Below, piece after piece: positions 40,901-53,500 of a stretch of 64,000 nucleotides of DNA. The notes beneath the pieces are model-generated. The model ran no database searches and was not told the DNA's origin. It saw only the letters and a program-made list of their open reading frames with translations. A program made the position numbers and the translations under genes. Position 1 is the stretch's first letter. Every line of letters starts with the position of its first letter. This DNA is from Auanema rhodensis (taxonomy: Eukaryota > Animalia > Nematoda), in assembly GCA_964057225.1 (NCBI GenBank), contig OZ059900.1, positions 23,126,001 through 23,190,000 on the forward strand, in the 5' to 3' direction.

Positions 40901-43900
40901 CCAAAAACTGGTTTTCCAGCATAATAAAATATTTCTCATGGGAAATACTGTGTTTTTGTGTTTTTCTAGTGTTCAGCATGTAAAATGCTTCATTTTGGTA
41001 TGTAACACACTGAAATTCGTTGCATTTGACGACTCATATGAACAAAAATCGATTTAATCAATATTAGCCATAAGGGGCGTGCCCTCAGAATATGCTAATT
41101 TCCTTAATTTTCTAACCCCTGTTTTTTTGTCGTGAAAGTGGAACTAGACGTTGTACAAACAATTTTGAGCTAGGTTTCATTGACATTGCATGAGTTTGAA
41201 CACATGAAATCGTAAGTCAAAACCTTGTTTACAGCGAAATTTCCAAAAACTGGTTTTCCAGCATAATAAAATATTTCTCATGAGAAATACTGTGTTTTTG
41301 TATTTTTCTAGTGTTCAGCATGTAAAATACTTCATTTTAGTATGTAACACGCTGAAATTCGTTGCATTTGACGACTCATATGAACAAAAATCGATTTAAT
41401 CAATATTAGCCATAAGGGGCGTGCCCTCAGAATATGCTAATTTCCTTAATTTTCTAACCCCTGTTTTTTGTCGTGAAAGTGGAACTAGACGTTGTAGGAA
41501 CAATTTTGAGCTAGGTTTCATTGACATTGCAAGAGTTTGAACACATGAAATCGTAAGTCAAAACCTTGTTTACAGCGAAATTTCCAAAAACTGGTTTTCC
41601 AGCATAATAAAATATTTCTCATGGGAAAAACTGTGTTTTTGTATTTTTCTAGTGTTCAGCATGTAAAATGCTTCATTTTAGTATGTAACACGCTGAAATT
41701 CGTTGCATTTGACGACTCATATGAACAAAAATCGATTTAATCAATATTAGCCATAAGGGGCGTGCCCTCAGAATATGCTAATTTCCTTAATTTTCTAACC
41801 CCTGTTTTTTTGTCGTGAAAGTGGAACTAGACGTTGTACAAACAATTTTGAGCTAGGTTTCATTGACATTGCATGAGTTTGAACACATGAAATCGTAAGT
41901 CAAAACCTCGTTTACAGCGAAAATTCCAAAAACTGGTTTTCCAGCATAATAAAATATTTCTCATGAGAAATACTGTGTTTTTGTATTTTTCTAGTGTTCA
42001 GCATGTAAAATGCTTCATTTTAGTATGTAACACGCTGAAATTCGTTGCATTTGACGACTCATATGAACAAAAATCGTTTAAATCAATATTAGCCATAAGG
42101 GGCGTGCCCTCAGAATATGCTAATTTCCTTAATTTTCTAACCCCTGTTTTTTTGTCGTGAAAGTGGAACTAGACGTTGTACAAACAATTTTGAGCTAGGT
42201 TTCATTGACATTGCATGAGTTTGAACACATGAAATCGTAAGTCAAATCCTTGTTTACAGCGAAATTTCCAAAAACTGGTTTTCCAGCATAATAAAATATT
42301 TCTCATGGGAAATACTGTGTTTTTGTATTTTTCTAGTGTTCAGCATGTGAAATGCTTCATTTTAGTATGTAACACGCTGAAATTCGTTGCATTTGACGAC
42401 TCATATGAACAAAAATCGTTTAAATCAATATTAGCCATAAGGGGCGTGCCCTCAGAATATGCTAATTTCCTTAATTTTCTAACCCCTGTTTTTTTGTCGT
42501 GAAAGTGGAACTAGACGTTGTACAAACAATTTTGAGCTAGGTTTCATTGACATTGCATGAGTTTGAACACATGAAATCGTAAGTCAAAACCTTGTTTACA
42601 GCGAAATTTCCAAAAACTGTTTTTCAAGCATAATAAAATATTTCTCATGGGAAATACTGTGTTTTTGTACTTTTCTAGTGTTCAGCATGTAAAATGCTTC
42701 ATTTTAGTATGTAACACGCTGAAATTCGTTGCATTTGACTACTCATATGAACAAAAATCGATTTAATCAATATTAGCCATAAGGGGCGTGCCCTCAGAAT
42801 ATGCTAATTTCCTTAATTTTCTAACCCCTGTTTTTTTGTCGTGAAAGTGGAACTAGACGTTGTACAAACAATTTTGAGCTAGGTTTCATTGACATTGCAT
42901 GAGTTTGAACACATGAAATCGTAAGTCAAAACCTCGTTTACAGCGAAAATTCCAAAAACTGGTTTTCCAGCATAATAAAATATTTCTCATGAGAAATACT
43001 GTGTTTTTGTATTTTTCTAGTGTTCAGCATGTAAAATGCTTCATTTTAGTATGTAACACGCTGAAATTCGTTGCATTTGACGACTCATATGAACAAAAAT
43101 CGTTTAAATCAATATTAGCCATAAGGGGCGTGCCCTCAGAATATGCTAATTTCCTTAATTTTCTAACCCCTGTTTTTTTGTCGTGAAAGTGGAACTAGAC
43201 GTTGTACAAACAATTTTGAGCTAGGTTTCATTGACATTGCATGAGTTTGAACACATGAAATCGTAAGTCAAAACCTTGTTTACAGCGAAATTTCCAAAAA
43301 CTGGTTTTCCAGCATAATAAAATATTTCTCATGGGAAAAACTGTGTTTTCGTATTTTTCTAGTGTTCAGCATGTAAAATGCTTCATTTTAGTATGTAACA
43401 CGCTGAAATTCGTTGCATTTGACGACTCATATGAACAAAAATCGATTTAATCAATATTAGCCATAAGGGGCGTGCCCTCAGAATATGCTAATTTCCTTAA
43501 TTTTCTAACCCCTGTTTTTTGTCGTGAAAGTGGAACTAGACGTTGTAGGAACAATTTTGAGCTAGGTTTCATTGACATTGCATGAGTTTGAACACATGAA
43601 ATCGTAAGTCAAAACCTTGTTTACAGCGAAATTTCCAAAAACTGGTTTTCCAGCATAATAAAATATTTCTCATGGGAAATACTGTGTTTTTGTATTTTTC
43701 TAGTGTTCAGCATGTGAAATGCTTCATTTTAGTATGTAACACGCTGAAATTCGTTGCATTTGACTACTCATATGAACAAAAATCGATTTAATCAATATTA
43801 GCCATAAGGGGCGTGCCCTCAGAATATGCTAATTTCCTTAATTTTCTAACCCCTGTTTTTTTTTCGTGAAAGTGGAACTAGACGTTGTACAAACAATTTT

Positions 43901-46900
43901 GAGCTAGGTTTCATTGACATTGCATGAGTTTGAACACATGAAATCGTAAGTCAAAACCTCGTTTACAGCGAAAATTCCAAAAACTGGTTTTCCAGCATAA
44001 TAAAATATTTCTCATGAGAAATACTGTGTTTTTGTATTTTTCTAGTGTTCAGCATGTAAAATGCTTCATTTTAGTATGTAACACGCTGAAATTCGTTGCA
44101 TTTGACGACTCATATGAACAAAAATCGTTTAAATCAATATTAGCCATAAGGGGCGTGCCCTCAGAATATGCTAATTTCCTTAATTTTCTAACCCCTGTTT
44201 TTTTGTCGTGAAAGTGGAACTAGACGTTGTACAAACAATTTTGAGCTAGGTTTCATTGACATTGCATGAGTTTGAACACATGAAATCGTAAGTCAAATCC
44301 TTGTTTACAGCGAAATTTCCAAAAACTGGTTTTCCAGCATAATAAAATATTTCTCATGGGAAATACTGTGTTTTTGTATTTTTCTAGTGTTCAGCATGTG
44401 AAATGCTTCATTTTAGTATGTAACACGCTGAAATTCGTTGCATTTGACGACTCATATGAACAAAAATCGTTTAAATCAATATTAGCCATAAGGGGCGTGC
44501 CCTCAGAATATGCTAATTTCCTTAATTTTCTAACCCCTGTTTTTTTGTCGTGAAAGTGGAACTAGACGTTGTACAAACAATTTTGAGCTAGGTTTCATTG
44601 ACATTGCATGAGTTTGAACACATGAAATCGTAAGTCAAAACCTTGTTTACAGCGAAATTTCCAAAAACTGTTTTTCCAGCATAATAAAATATTTCTCATG
44701 GGAAATACTGTGTTTTTGTACTTTTCTAGTGTTCAGCATGTAAAATGCTTCATTTTAGTATGTAACACGCTGAAATTCGTTGCATTTGACTACTCATATG
44801 AACAAAAATCGATTTAATCAATATTAGCCATAAGGGGCGTGCCCTCAGAATATGCTAATTTCCTTAATTTTCTAACCCCTGTTTTTTTGTCGTGAAAGTG
44901 GAACTAGACGTTGTACAAACAATTTTGAGCTAGGTTTCATTGACATTGCATGAGTTTGAACACATGAAATCGTAAGTCAAAACCTCGTTTACAGCGAAAA
45001 TTCCAAAAACTGGTTTTCCAGCATAATAAAATATTTCTCATGAGAAATACTGTGTTTTTGTATTTTTCTAGTGTTCAGCATGTAAAATGCTTCATTTTAG
45101 TATGTAACACGCTGAAATTCGTTGCATTTGACGACTCATATGAACAAAAATCGTTTAAATCAATATTAGCCATAAGGGGCGTGCCCTCAGAATATGCTAA
45201 TTTCCTTAATTTTCTAACCCCTGTTTTTTTGTCGTGAAAGTGGAACTAGACGTTGTACAAACAATTTTGAGCTAGGTTTCATTGACATTGCATGAGTTTG
45301 AACACATGAAATCGTAAGTCAAAACCTTGTTTACAGCGAAATTTCCAAAAACTGGTTTTCCAGCATAATAAAATATTTCTCATGGGAAATACTGTGTTTT
45401 TGTATTTTTCTAGTGTTCAGCATGTGAAATGCTTCATTTTAGTATGTAACACGCTGAAATTCGTTGCATTTGACGACTCATATGAACAAAAATCGTTTAA
45501 ATCAATATTAGCCATAAGGGGCGTGCCCTCAGAATATGCTAATTTCCTTAATTTTCTAACCCCTGTTTTTTTGTCGTGAAAGTGGAACTAGACGTTGTAC
45601 AAACAATTTTGAGCTAGGTTTCATTGACATTGCATGAGTTTGAACACATGAAATCGTAAGTCAAAACCTTGTTTACAGCGAAATTTCCAAAAACTGTTTT
45701 TCCAGCATAATAAAATATTTCTCATGGGAAATACTGTGTTTTTGTACTTTTCTAGTGTTCAGCATGTAAAATGCTTCATTTTAGTATGTAACACGCTGAA
45801 ATTCGTTGCATTTGACTACTCATATGAACAAAAATCGATTTAATCAATATTAGCCATAAGGGGCGTGCCCTCAGAATATGCTAATTTCCTTAATTTTCTA
45901 ACCCCTGTTTTTTTGTCGTGAAAGTGGAACTAGACGTTGTACAAACAATTTTGAGCTAGGTTTCATTGACATTGCATGAGTTTGAACACATGAAATCGTA
46001 AGTCAAAACCTCGTTTACAGCGAAAATTCCAAAAACTGGTTTTCCAGCATAATAAAATATTTCTCATGAGAAATACTGTGTTTTTGTATTTTTCTAGTGT
46101 TCAGCATGTAAAATGCTTCATTTTAGTATGTAACACGCTGAAATTCGTTGCATTTGACGACTCATATGAACAAAAATCGTTTAAATCAATATTAGCCATA
46201 AGGGGCGTGCCCTCAGAATATGCTAATTTCCTTAATTTTCTAACCCCTGTTTTTTTGTCGTGAAAGTGGAACTAGACGTTGTACAAACAATTTTGAGCTA
46301 GGTTTCATTGACATTGCATGAGTTTGAACACATGAAATCGTAAGTCAAAACCTTGTTTACAGCGAAATTTCCAAAAACTGGTTTTCCAGCATAATAAAAT
46401 ATTTCTCATGGGAAATACTGTGTTTTTGTATTTTTCTAGTGTTCAGCATGTGAAATGCTTCATTTAAGTATGTAACACGCTGAAATTCGTTGCATTTGAC
46501 GACTCATATGAACAAAAATCGTTTAAATCAATATTAGCCATAAGGGGCGTGCCCTCAGAATATGCTAATTTCCTTAATTTTCTAACCCCTGTTTTTTTGT
46601 CGTGAAAGTGGAACTAGACGTTGTACAAACAATTTTGAGCTAGGTTTCATTGACATTGCATGAGTTTGAACACATGAAATCGTAAGTCAAAACCTTGTTT
46701 ACAGCGAAATTTCCAAAAACTGTTTTTCCAGCATAATAAAATATTTCTCATGGGAAATACTGTGTTTTTGTACTTTTCTAGTGTTCAGCATGTAAAATGG
46801 TTCATTTTAGTATGTAACACGCTGAAATTCGTTGCATTTGACTACTCATATGAACAAAAATCGATTTAATCAATATTAGCCATAAGGGGCGTGCCCTCAG

Positions 46901-48720
46901 AATATGCTAATTTCCTTAATTTTCTAACCCCTGTTTTTTTGTCGTGAAAGTGGAACTAAACGTTGTACAAACAATTTTGAGCTAGGTTTCATTGACATTG
47001 CATGAGTTTGAACACATGAAATCGTAAGTCAAAACCTTGTTTACAGCGAAATTTCCAAAAACTGGTTTTCCAGCATAATAAAATATTTCTCATGGGAAAT
47101 ACTGTGTTTTTGTATTTTTCTAGTGTTCAGCATGTAAAATACTTCATTTAAGTATGTAACACGCTGAAATTCGTTGCATTTGACGACTCATATGAACAAA
47201 AATCGATTTAATCAATATTAGCCATAAGGGGCGTGCCCTCAGAATATGCTAATTTCCTAAATTTTCTAACCCCTGTTTTTTTGTCGTGAAAGTGGAACTA
47301 GACGTTGTACAAACAATTTTGAGCTAGGTTTCATTGACATTGCATGAGTTTGAACACATGAAATCGTAAGTCAAAACCTTGTTTACAGCGAAATTTCCAA
47401 AAACTGGTTTTCCAGCATAATAAAATATTTCTCATGAGAAATACTGTGTTTTTGTATTTTTCTAGTGTTCAGCATGTAAAATGCTTCATTTTAGTATGTA
47501 ACACGCTGAAATTCGTTGCATTTGACGACTCATATGAACAAAAATCGATTTAATCAATATTAGCCATAAGGGGCGTGCCCTCAGAATATGCTAATTTCCT
47601 TAATTTTCTAACCCCTGTTTTTTGTCGTGAAAGTGGAACTAAACGTTGTAGGAACAATTTTGAGCTAGGTTTCATTGACATTGCATGAGTTTGAACACAT
47701 GAAATCGTAAGTCAAAACCTTGTTTACAGCGAAATTTCCAAAAACTGGTTTTCCAGCATAATAAAATATTTCTCATGGGAAATACTGTGTTTTTGTGTTT
47801 TTCTAGTGTTCAGCATGTAAAATGCTTCATTTTGGTATGTAACACACTGAAATTCGTTGCATTTGACGACTCATATGAACAAAAATCGATTTAATCAATA
47901 TTAGCCATAAGGGGCGTGCCCTCAGAATATGCTAATTTCCTTAATTTTCTAACCCCTGTTTTTTTGTCGTGAAAGTGGAACTAGACGTTGTACAAACAAT
48001 TTTGAGCTAGGTTTCATTGACATTGCATGAGTTTGAACACATGAAATCGTAAGTCAAAACCTTGTTTACAGCGAAATTTCCAAAAACTGGTTTTCCAGCA
48101 TAATAAAATATTTCTCATGAGAAATACTGTGTTTTTGTATTTTTCTAGTGTTCAGCATGTAAAATACTTCATTTTAGTATGTAACACGCTGAAATTCGTT
48201 GCATTTGACGACTCATATGAACAAAAATCGATTTAATCAATATTAGCCATAAGGGGCGTGCCCTCAGAATATGCTAATTTCCTTAATTTTCTAACCCCTG
48301 TTTTTTGTCGTGAAAGTGGAACTAGACGTTGTAGGAACAATTTTGAGCTAGGTTTCATTGACATTGCAAGAGTTTGAACACATGAAATCGTAAGTCAAAA
48401 CCTTGTTTACAGCGAAATTTCCAAAAACTGGTTTTCCAGCATAATAAAATATTTCTCATGGGAAAAACTGTGTTTTTGTATTTTTCTAGTGTTCAGCATG
48501 TAAAATGCTTCATTTTAGTATGTAACACGCTGAAATTCGTTGCATTTGACGACTCATATGAACAAAAATCGATTTAATCAATATTAGCCATAAGGGGCGT
48601 GCCCTCAGAATATGCTAATTTCCTTAATTTTCTAACCCCTGTTTTTTTGTCGTGAAAGTGGAACTAGACGTTGTACAAACAATTTTGAGCTAGGTTTCAT
48701 TGACATTGCATGAGTTTGAA
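34880..48720. repeat. 20-monomer HOR, 2 near-identical copies (period 6837 bp), with an internal 3-monomer period
   Basis: ORF-track starts 35126..39229 map to 41963..46066, all at exactly +6837. Private variants also match: ttttcAagc (~35789, ~42626), tttttttTtcgt (~37026, ~43863), aaatgGttc (~39963, ~46800), ttgcaAgag (41532, 48369). Confidence 0.93.
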
Positions 48721-51700
48721 CATATGAAATCGTAAGTCAAAACCTTGTTTACAGCGAAATTTCCAAAAACTGGTTTTCCAGCATAATAAAATATTTCTCA
48801 TGGGAAATACTGTGTTTTTGTATTTTTTTAGTGTTCAGCATGTAAAATGCTTCATTTTAGTATGTAACACGCTGAAATTCGTTGCATTTGACGACTCATA
48901 TGAACAAAAATCGATTTAATCAATATTAGCCATAAGGAGCGTGCCCTCAGAATATGCTAATTTCCTTAATTTTCTAACCCCTGTTTTTTGTCGTGAAAGT
49001 GGAACTAGACGTTGTAGGAACAATTTTGAGCTAGGTTTCATTGACATTGCATGAGTTTGAACACATGAAATCGTAAGTCAAAACCTTGTTTACAGCGAAA
49101 TTTCCAAAAACTGTTTTTCCAGCATAATAAAATATTTCTCATGGGAAATACTGTGTTTTTGTATTTTTCTAGTGTTCAGCATGTGAAATGCTTCATTTTA
49201 GTATGTAACACGCTGAAATTCGTTGCATTTGACGACTCATATGAACAAAAATCGTTTAAATCAATATTAGCCATAAGGGGCGTGCCCTCAGAATATGCTA
49301 ATTTCCTTAATTTTCTAACCCCTGTTTTTTTGTCGTGAAAGTGGAACTAGACGTTGTACAAACAATTTTGAGCTAGGTTTCATTGACATTGCATGAGTTT
49401 GAACACATGAAATCGTAAGTCAAAACCTTGTTTACAGCGAAATTTCCAAAAACTGGTTTTCCAGCATAATAAAATATTTCTCATGGGAAATACTGTGTTT
49501 TTGTATTTTTCTAGTGTTCAGCATGTGAAATGCTTCATTTTAGTATGTAACACGCTGAAATTCGTTGCATTTGACGACTCATATGAACAAAAATCGTTTA
49601 AATCAATATTAGCCATAAGGGGCGTGCCCTCAGAATATGCTAATTTCCTTAATTTTCTAACCCCTGTTTTTTTGTCGTGAAAGTGGAACTAGACGTTGTA
49701 CAAACAATTTTGAGCTAGGTTTCATTGACATTGCATGAGTTTGAACACATGAAATCGTAAGTCAAAACCTTGTTTACAGCGAAATTTCCAAAAACTGTTT
49801 TTCCAGCATAATAAAATATTTCTCATGGGAAATACTGTGTTTTTGTACTTTTCTAGTGTTCAGCATGTAAAATGCTTCATTTTAGTATGTAACACGCTGA
49901 AATTCGTTGCATTTGACTACTCATATGAACAAAAATCGATTTAATCAATATTAGCCATAAGGGGCGTGCCCTCAGAATATGCTAATTTCCTTAATTTTCT
50001 AACCCCTGTTTTTTTGTCGTGAAAGTGGAACTAGACGTTGTACAAACAATTTTGAGCTAGGTTTCATTGACATTGCATGAGTTTGAACACATGAAATCGT
50101 AAGTCAAAACCTCGTTTACAGCGAAAATTCCAAAAACTGGTTTTCCAGCATAATAAAATATTTCTCATGAGAAATACTGTGTTTTTGTATTTTTCTAGTG
50201 TTCAGCATGTAAAATGCTTCATTTTAGTATGTAACACGCTGAAATTCGTTGCATTTGACGACTCATATGAACAAAAATCGTTTAAATCAATATTAGCCAT
50301 AAGGGGCGTGCCCTCAGAATATGCTAATTTCCTTAATTTTCTAACCCCTGTTTTTTTGTCGTGAAAGTGGAACTAGACGTTGTACAAACAATTTTGAGCT
50401 AGGTTTCATTGACATTGCATGAGTTTGAACACATGAAATCGTAAGTCAAAACCTTGTTTACAGCGAAATTTCCAAAAACTGGTTTTCCAGCATAATAAAA
50501 TATTTCTCATGGGAAATACTGTGTTTTTGTATTTTTCTAGTGTTCAGCATGTGAAATGCTTCATTTAAGTATGTAACACGCTGAAATTCGTTGCATTTGA
50601 CGACTCATATGAACAAAAATCGTTTAAATCAATATTAGCCATAAGGGGCGTGCCCTCAGAGTATGCTAATTTCCTTAATTTTCTAACCCCTGTTTTTTTG
50701 TCGTGAAAGTGGAACTAGACGTTGTACAAACAATTTTGAGCTAGGTTTCATTGACATTGCATGAGTTTGAACACATGAAATCGTAAGTCAAAACCTTGTT
50801 TACAGCGAAATTTCCAAAAACTGTTTTTCCAGCATAATAAAATATTTCTCATGGGAAATACTGTGTTTTTGTACTTTTCTAGTGTTCAGCATGTAAAATG
50901 GTTCATTTTAGTATGTAACACGCTGAAATTCGTTGCATTTGACTACTCATATGAACAAAAATCGATTTAATCAATATTAGCCATAAGGGGCGTGCCCTCA
51001 GAATATGCTAATTTCCTTAATTTTCTAACCCCTGTTTTTTTGTCGTGAAAGTGGAACTAAACGTTGTACAAACAATTTTGAGCTAGGTTTCATTGACATT
51101 GCATGAGTTTGAACACATTAAATCGTAAGTCAAAACCTTGTTTACAGCGAAATTTCCAAAAACTGGTTTTCCAGCATAATAAAATATTTCTCATGGGAAA
51201 TACTGTGTTTTTGTATTTTTCTAGTGTTCAGCATGTAAAATACTTCATTTAAGTATGTAACACGCTGAAATTCGTTGCATTTGACGACTCATATGAACAA
51301 AAATCGATTTAATCAATATTAGCCATAAGGGGCGTGCCCTCAGAATATGCTAATTTCCTTAATTTTCTAACCCCTGTTTTTTTGTCGTGAAAGTGGAACT
51401 AGACGTTGTACAAACAATTTTGAGCTAGGTTTCATTGACATTGCATGAGTTTGAACACATGAAATCGTAAGTCAAAACCTTGTTTACAGCGAAATTTCCA
51501 AAAACTGGTTTTCCAGCATAATAAAATATTTCTCATGGGAAATACTGTGTTTTTGTATTTTTCTAGTGTTCAGCATGTAAAATACTTCATTTAAGTATGT
51601 AACACGCTAAAATTCGTTGCATTTGACGACTCATATGAACAAAAATCGATTTAATCAATATTAGCCATAAGGGGCGTGCCCTCAGAATATGCTAATTTCC

Positions 51701-53500
51701 TAAATTTTCTAACCCCTGTTTTTTTGTCGTGAAAGTGGAACTAGACGTTGTACAAACAATTTTGAGCTAGGTTTCATTGACATTGCATGAGTTTGAACAC
51801 ATGAAATCGTAAGTCAAAACCTTGTTTACAGCGAAATTTCCAAAAACTGGTTTTCCAGCATAATAAAATATTTCTCATGAGAAATACTGTGTTTTTGTAT
51901 TTTTCTAGTGTTCAGCATGTAAAATGCTTCATTTTAGTATGTAACACGCTGAAATTCGTTGCATTTGACGACTCATATGAACAAAAATCGATTTAATCAA
52001 TATTAGCCATAAGGGGCGTGCCCTCAGAATATGCTAATTTCCTTAATTTTCTAACCCCTGTTTTTTGTCGTGAAAGTGGAACTAAACGTTGTAGGAACAA
52101 TTTTGAGCTAGGTTTCATTGACATTGCATGAGTTTGAACACATGAAATCGTAAGTCAAAACCTTGTTTACAGCGAAATTTCCAAAAACTGGTTTTCCAGC
52201 ATAATAAAATATTTCTCATGGGAAATACTGTGTTTTTGTGTTTTTCTAGTGTTCAGCATGTAAAATGCTTCATTTTGGTATGTAACACACTGAAATTCGT
52301 TGCATTTGACGACTCATATGAACAAAAATCGATTTAATCAATATTAGCCATAAGGGGCGTGCCCTCAGAATATGCTAATTTCCTTAATTTTCTAACCCCT
52401 GTTTTTTTGTCGTGAAAGTGGAACTAGACGTTGTACAAACAATTTTGAGCTAGGTTTCATTGACATTGCATGAGTTTGAACACATGAAATCGTAAGTCAA
52501 AACCTTGTTTACAGCGAAATTTCCAAAAACTGGTTTTCCAGCATAATAAAATATTTCTCATGAGAAATACTGTGTTTTTGTATTTTTCTAGTGTTCAGCA
52601 TGTAAAATACTTCATTTTAGTATGTAACACGCTGAAATTCGTTGCATTTGACGACTCATATGAACAAAAATCGATTTAATCAATATTAGCCATAAGGGGC
52701 GTGCCCTCAGAATATGCTAATTTCCTTAATTTTCTAACCCCTGTTTTTTGTCGTGAAAGTGGAACTAGACGTTGTAGGAACAATTTTGAGCTAGGTTTCA
52801 TTGACATTGCAAGAGTTTGAACACATGAAATCGTAAGTCAAAACCTTGTTTACAGCGAAATTTCCAAAAACTGGTTTTCCAGCATAATAAAATATTTCTC
52901 ATGGGAAAAACTGTGTTTTTGTATTTTTCTAGTGTTCAGCATGTAAAATGCTTCATTTTAGTATGTAACACGCTGAAATTCGTTGCATTTGACGACTCAT
53001 ATGAACAAAAATCGATTTAATCAATATTAGCCATAAGGGGCGTGCCCTCAGAATATGCTAATTTCCTTAATTTTCTAACCCCTGTTTTTTTGTCGTGAAA
53101 GTGGAACTAGACGTTGTACAAACAATTTTGAGCTAGGTTTCATTGACATTGCATGAGTTTGAACATATGAAATCGTAAGTCAAAACCTTGTTTACAGCGA
53201 AATTTCCAAAAACTGGTTTTCCAGCATAATAAAATATTTCTCATGGGAAATACTGTGTTTTTGTATTTTTTTAGTGTTCAGCATGTAAAATGCTTCATTT
53301 TAGTATGTAACACGCTGAAATTCGTTGCATTTGACGACTCATATGAACAAAAATCGATTTAATCAATATTAGCCATAAGGAGCGTGCCCTCAGAATATGC
53401 TAATTTCCTTAATTTTCTAACCCCTGTTTTTTGTCGTGAAAGTGGAACTAGACGTTGTAGGAACAATTTTGAGCTAGGTTTCATTGACATTGCATGAGTT
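45300..53500. repeat. Overlapping 12/13-monomer duplication (offset 4101 then 4443 bp)
   Basis: ORF starts 45382 to 49483 and 46066 to 50167 are +4101, as is aaatgGttc (46800, 50901). After an extra monomer at ~51.3-51.6 kb the offset is +4443: ttgcaAgag (48369, 52812), gaacaTatg (48723, 53166), aaggAgcg (~48938, ~53381). Confidence 0.87.

Noticed and set aside
31712-50364. 22 copies of a 65-aa ORF (M[R/G]NTVFLYFSS...) as a protein-coding gene family
   Set aside because: They lie wholly within satellite monomers and exist only where one variant removes a TAA. The same frame is closed in most monomers, I recognise no domain, and there is no gene context.
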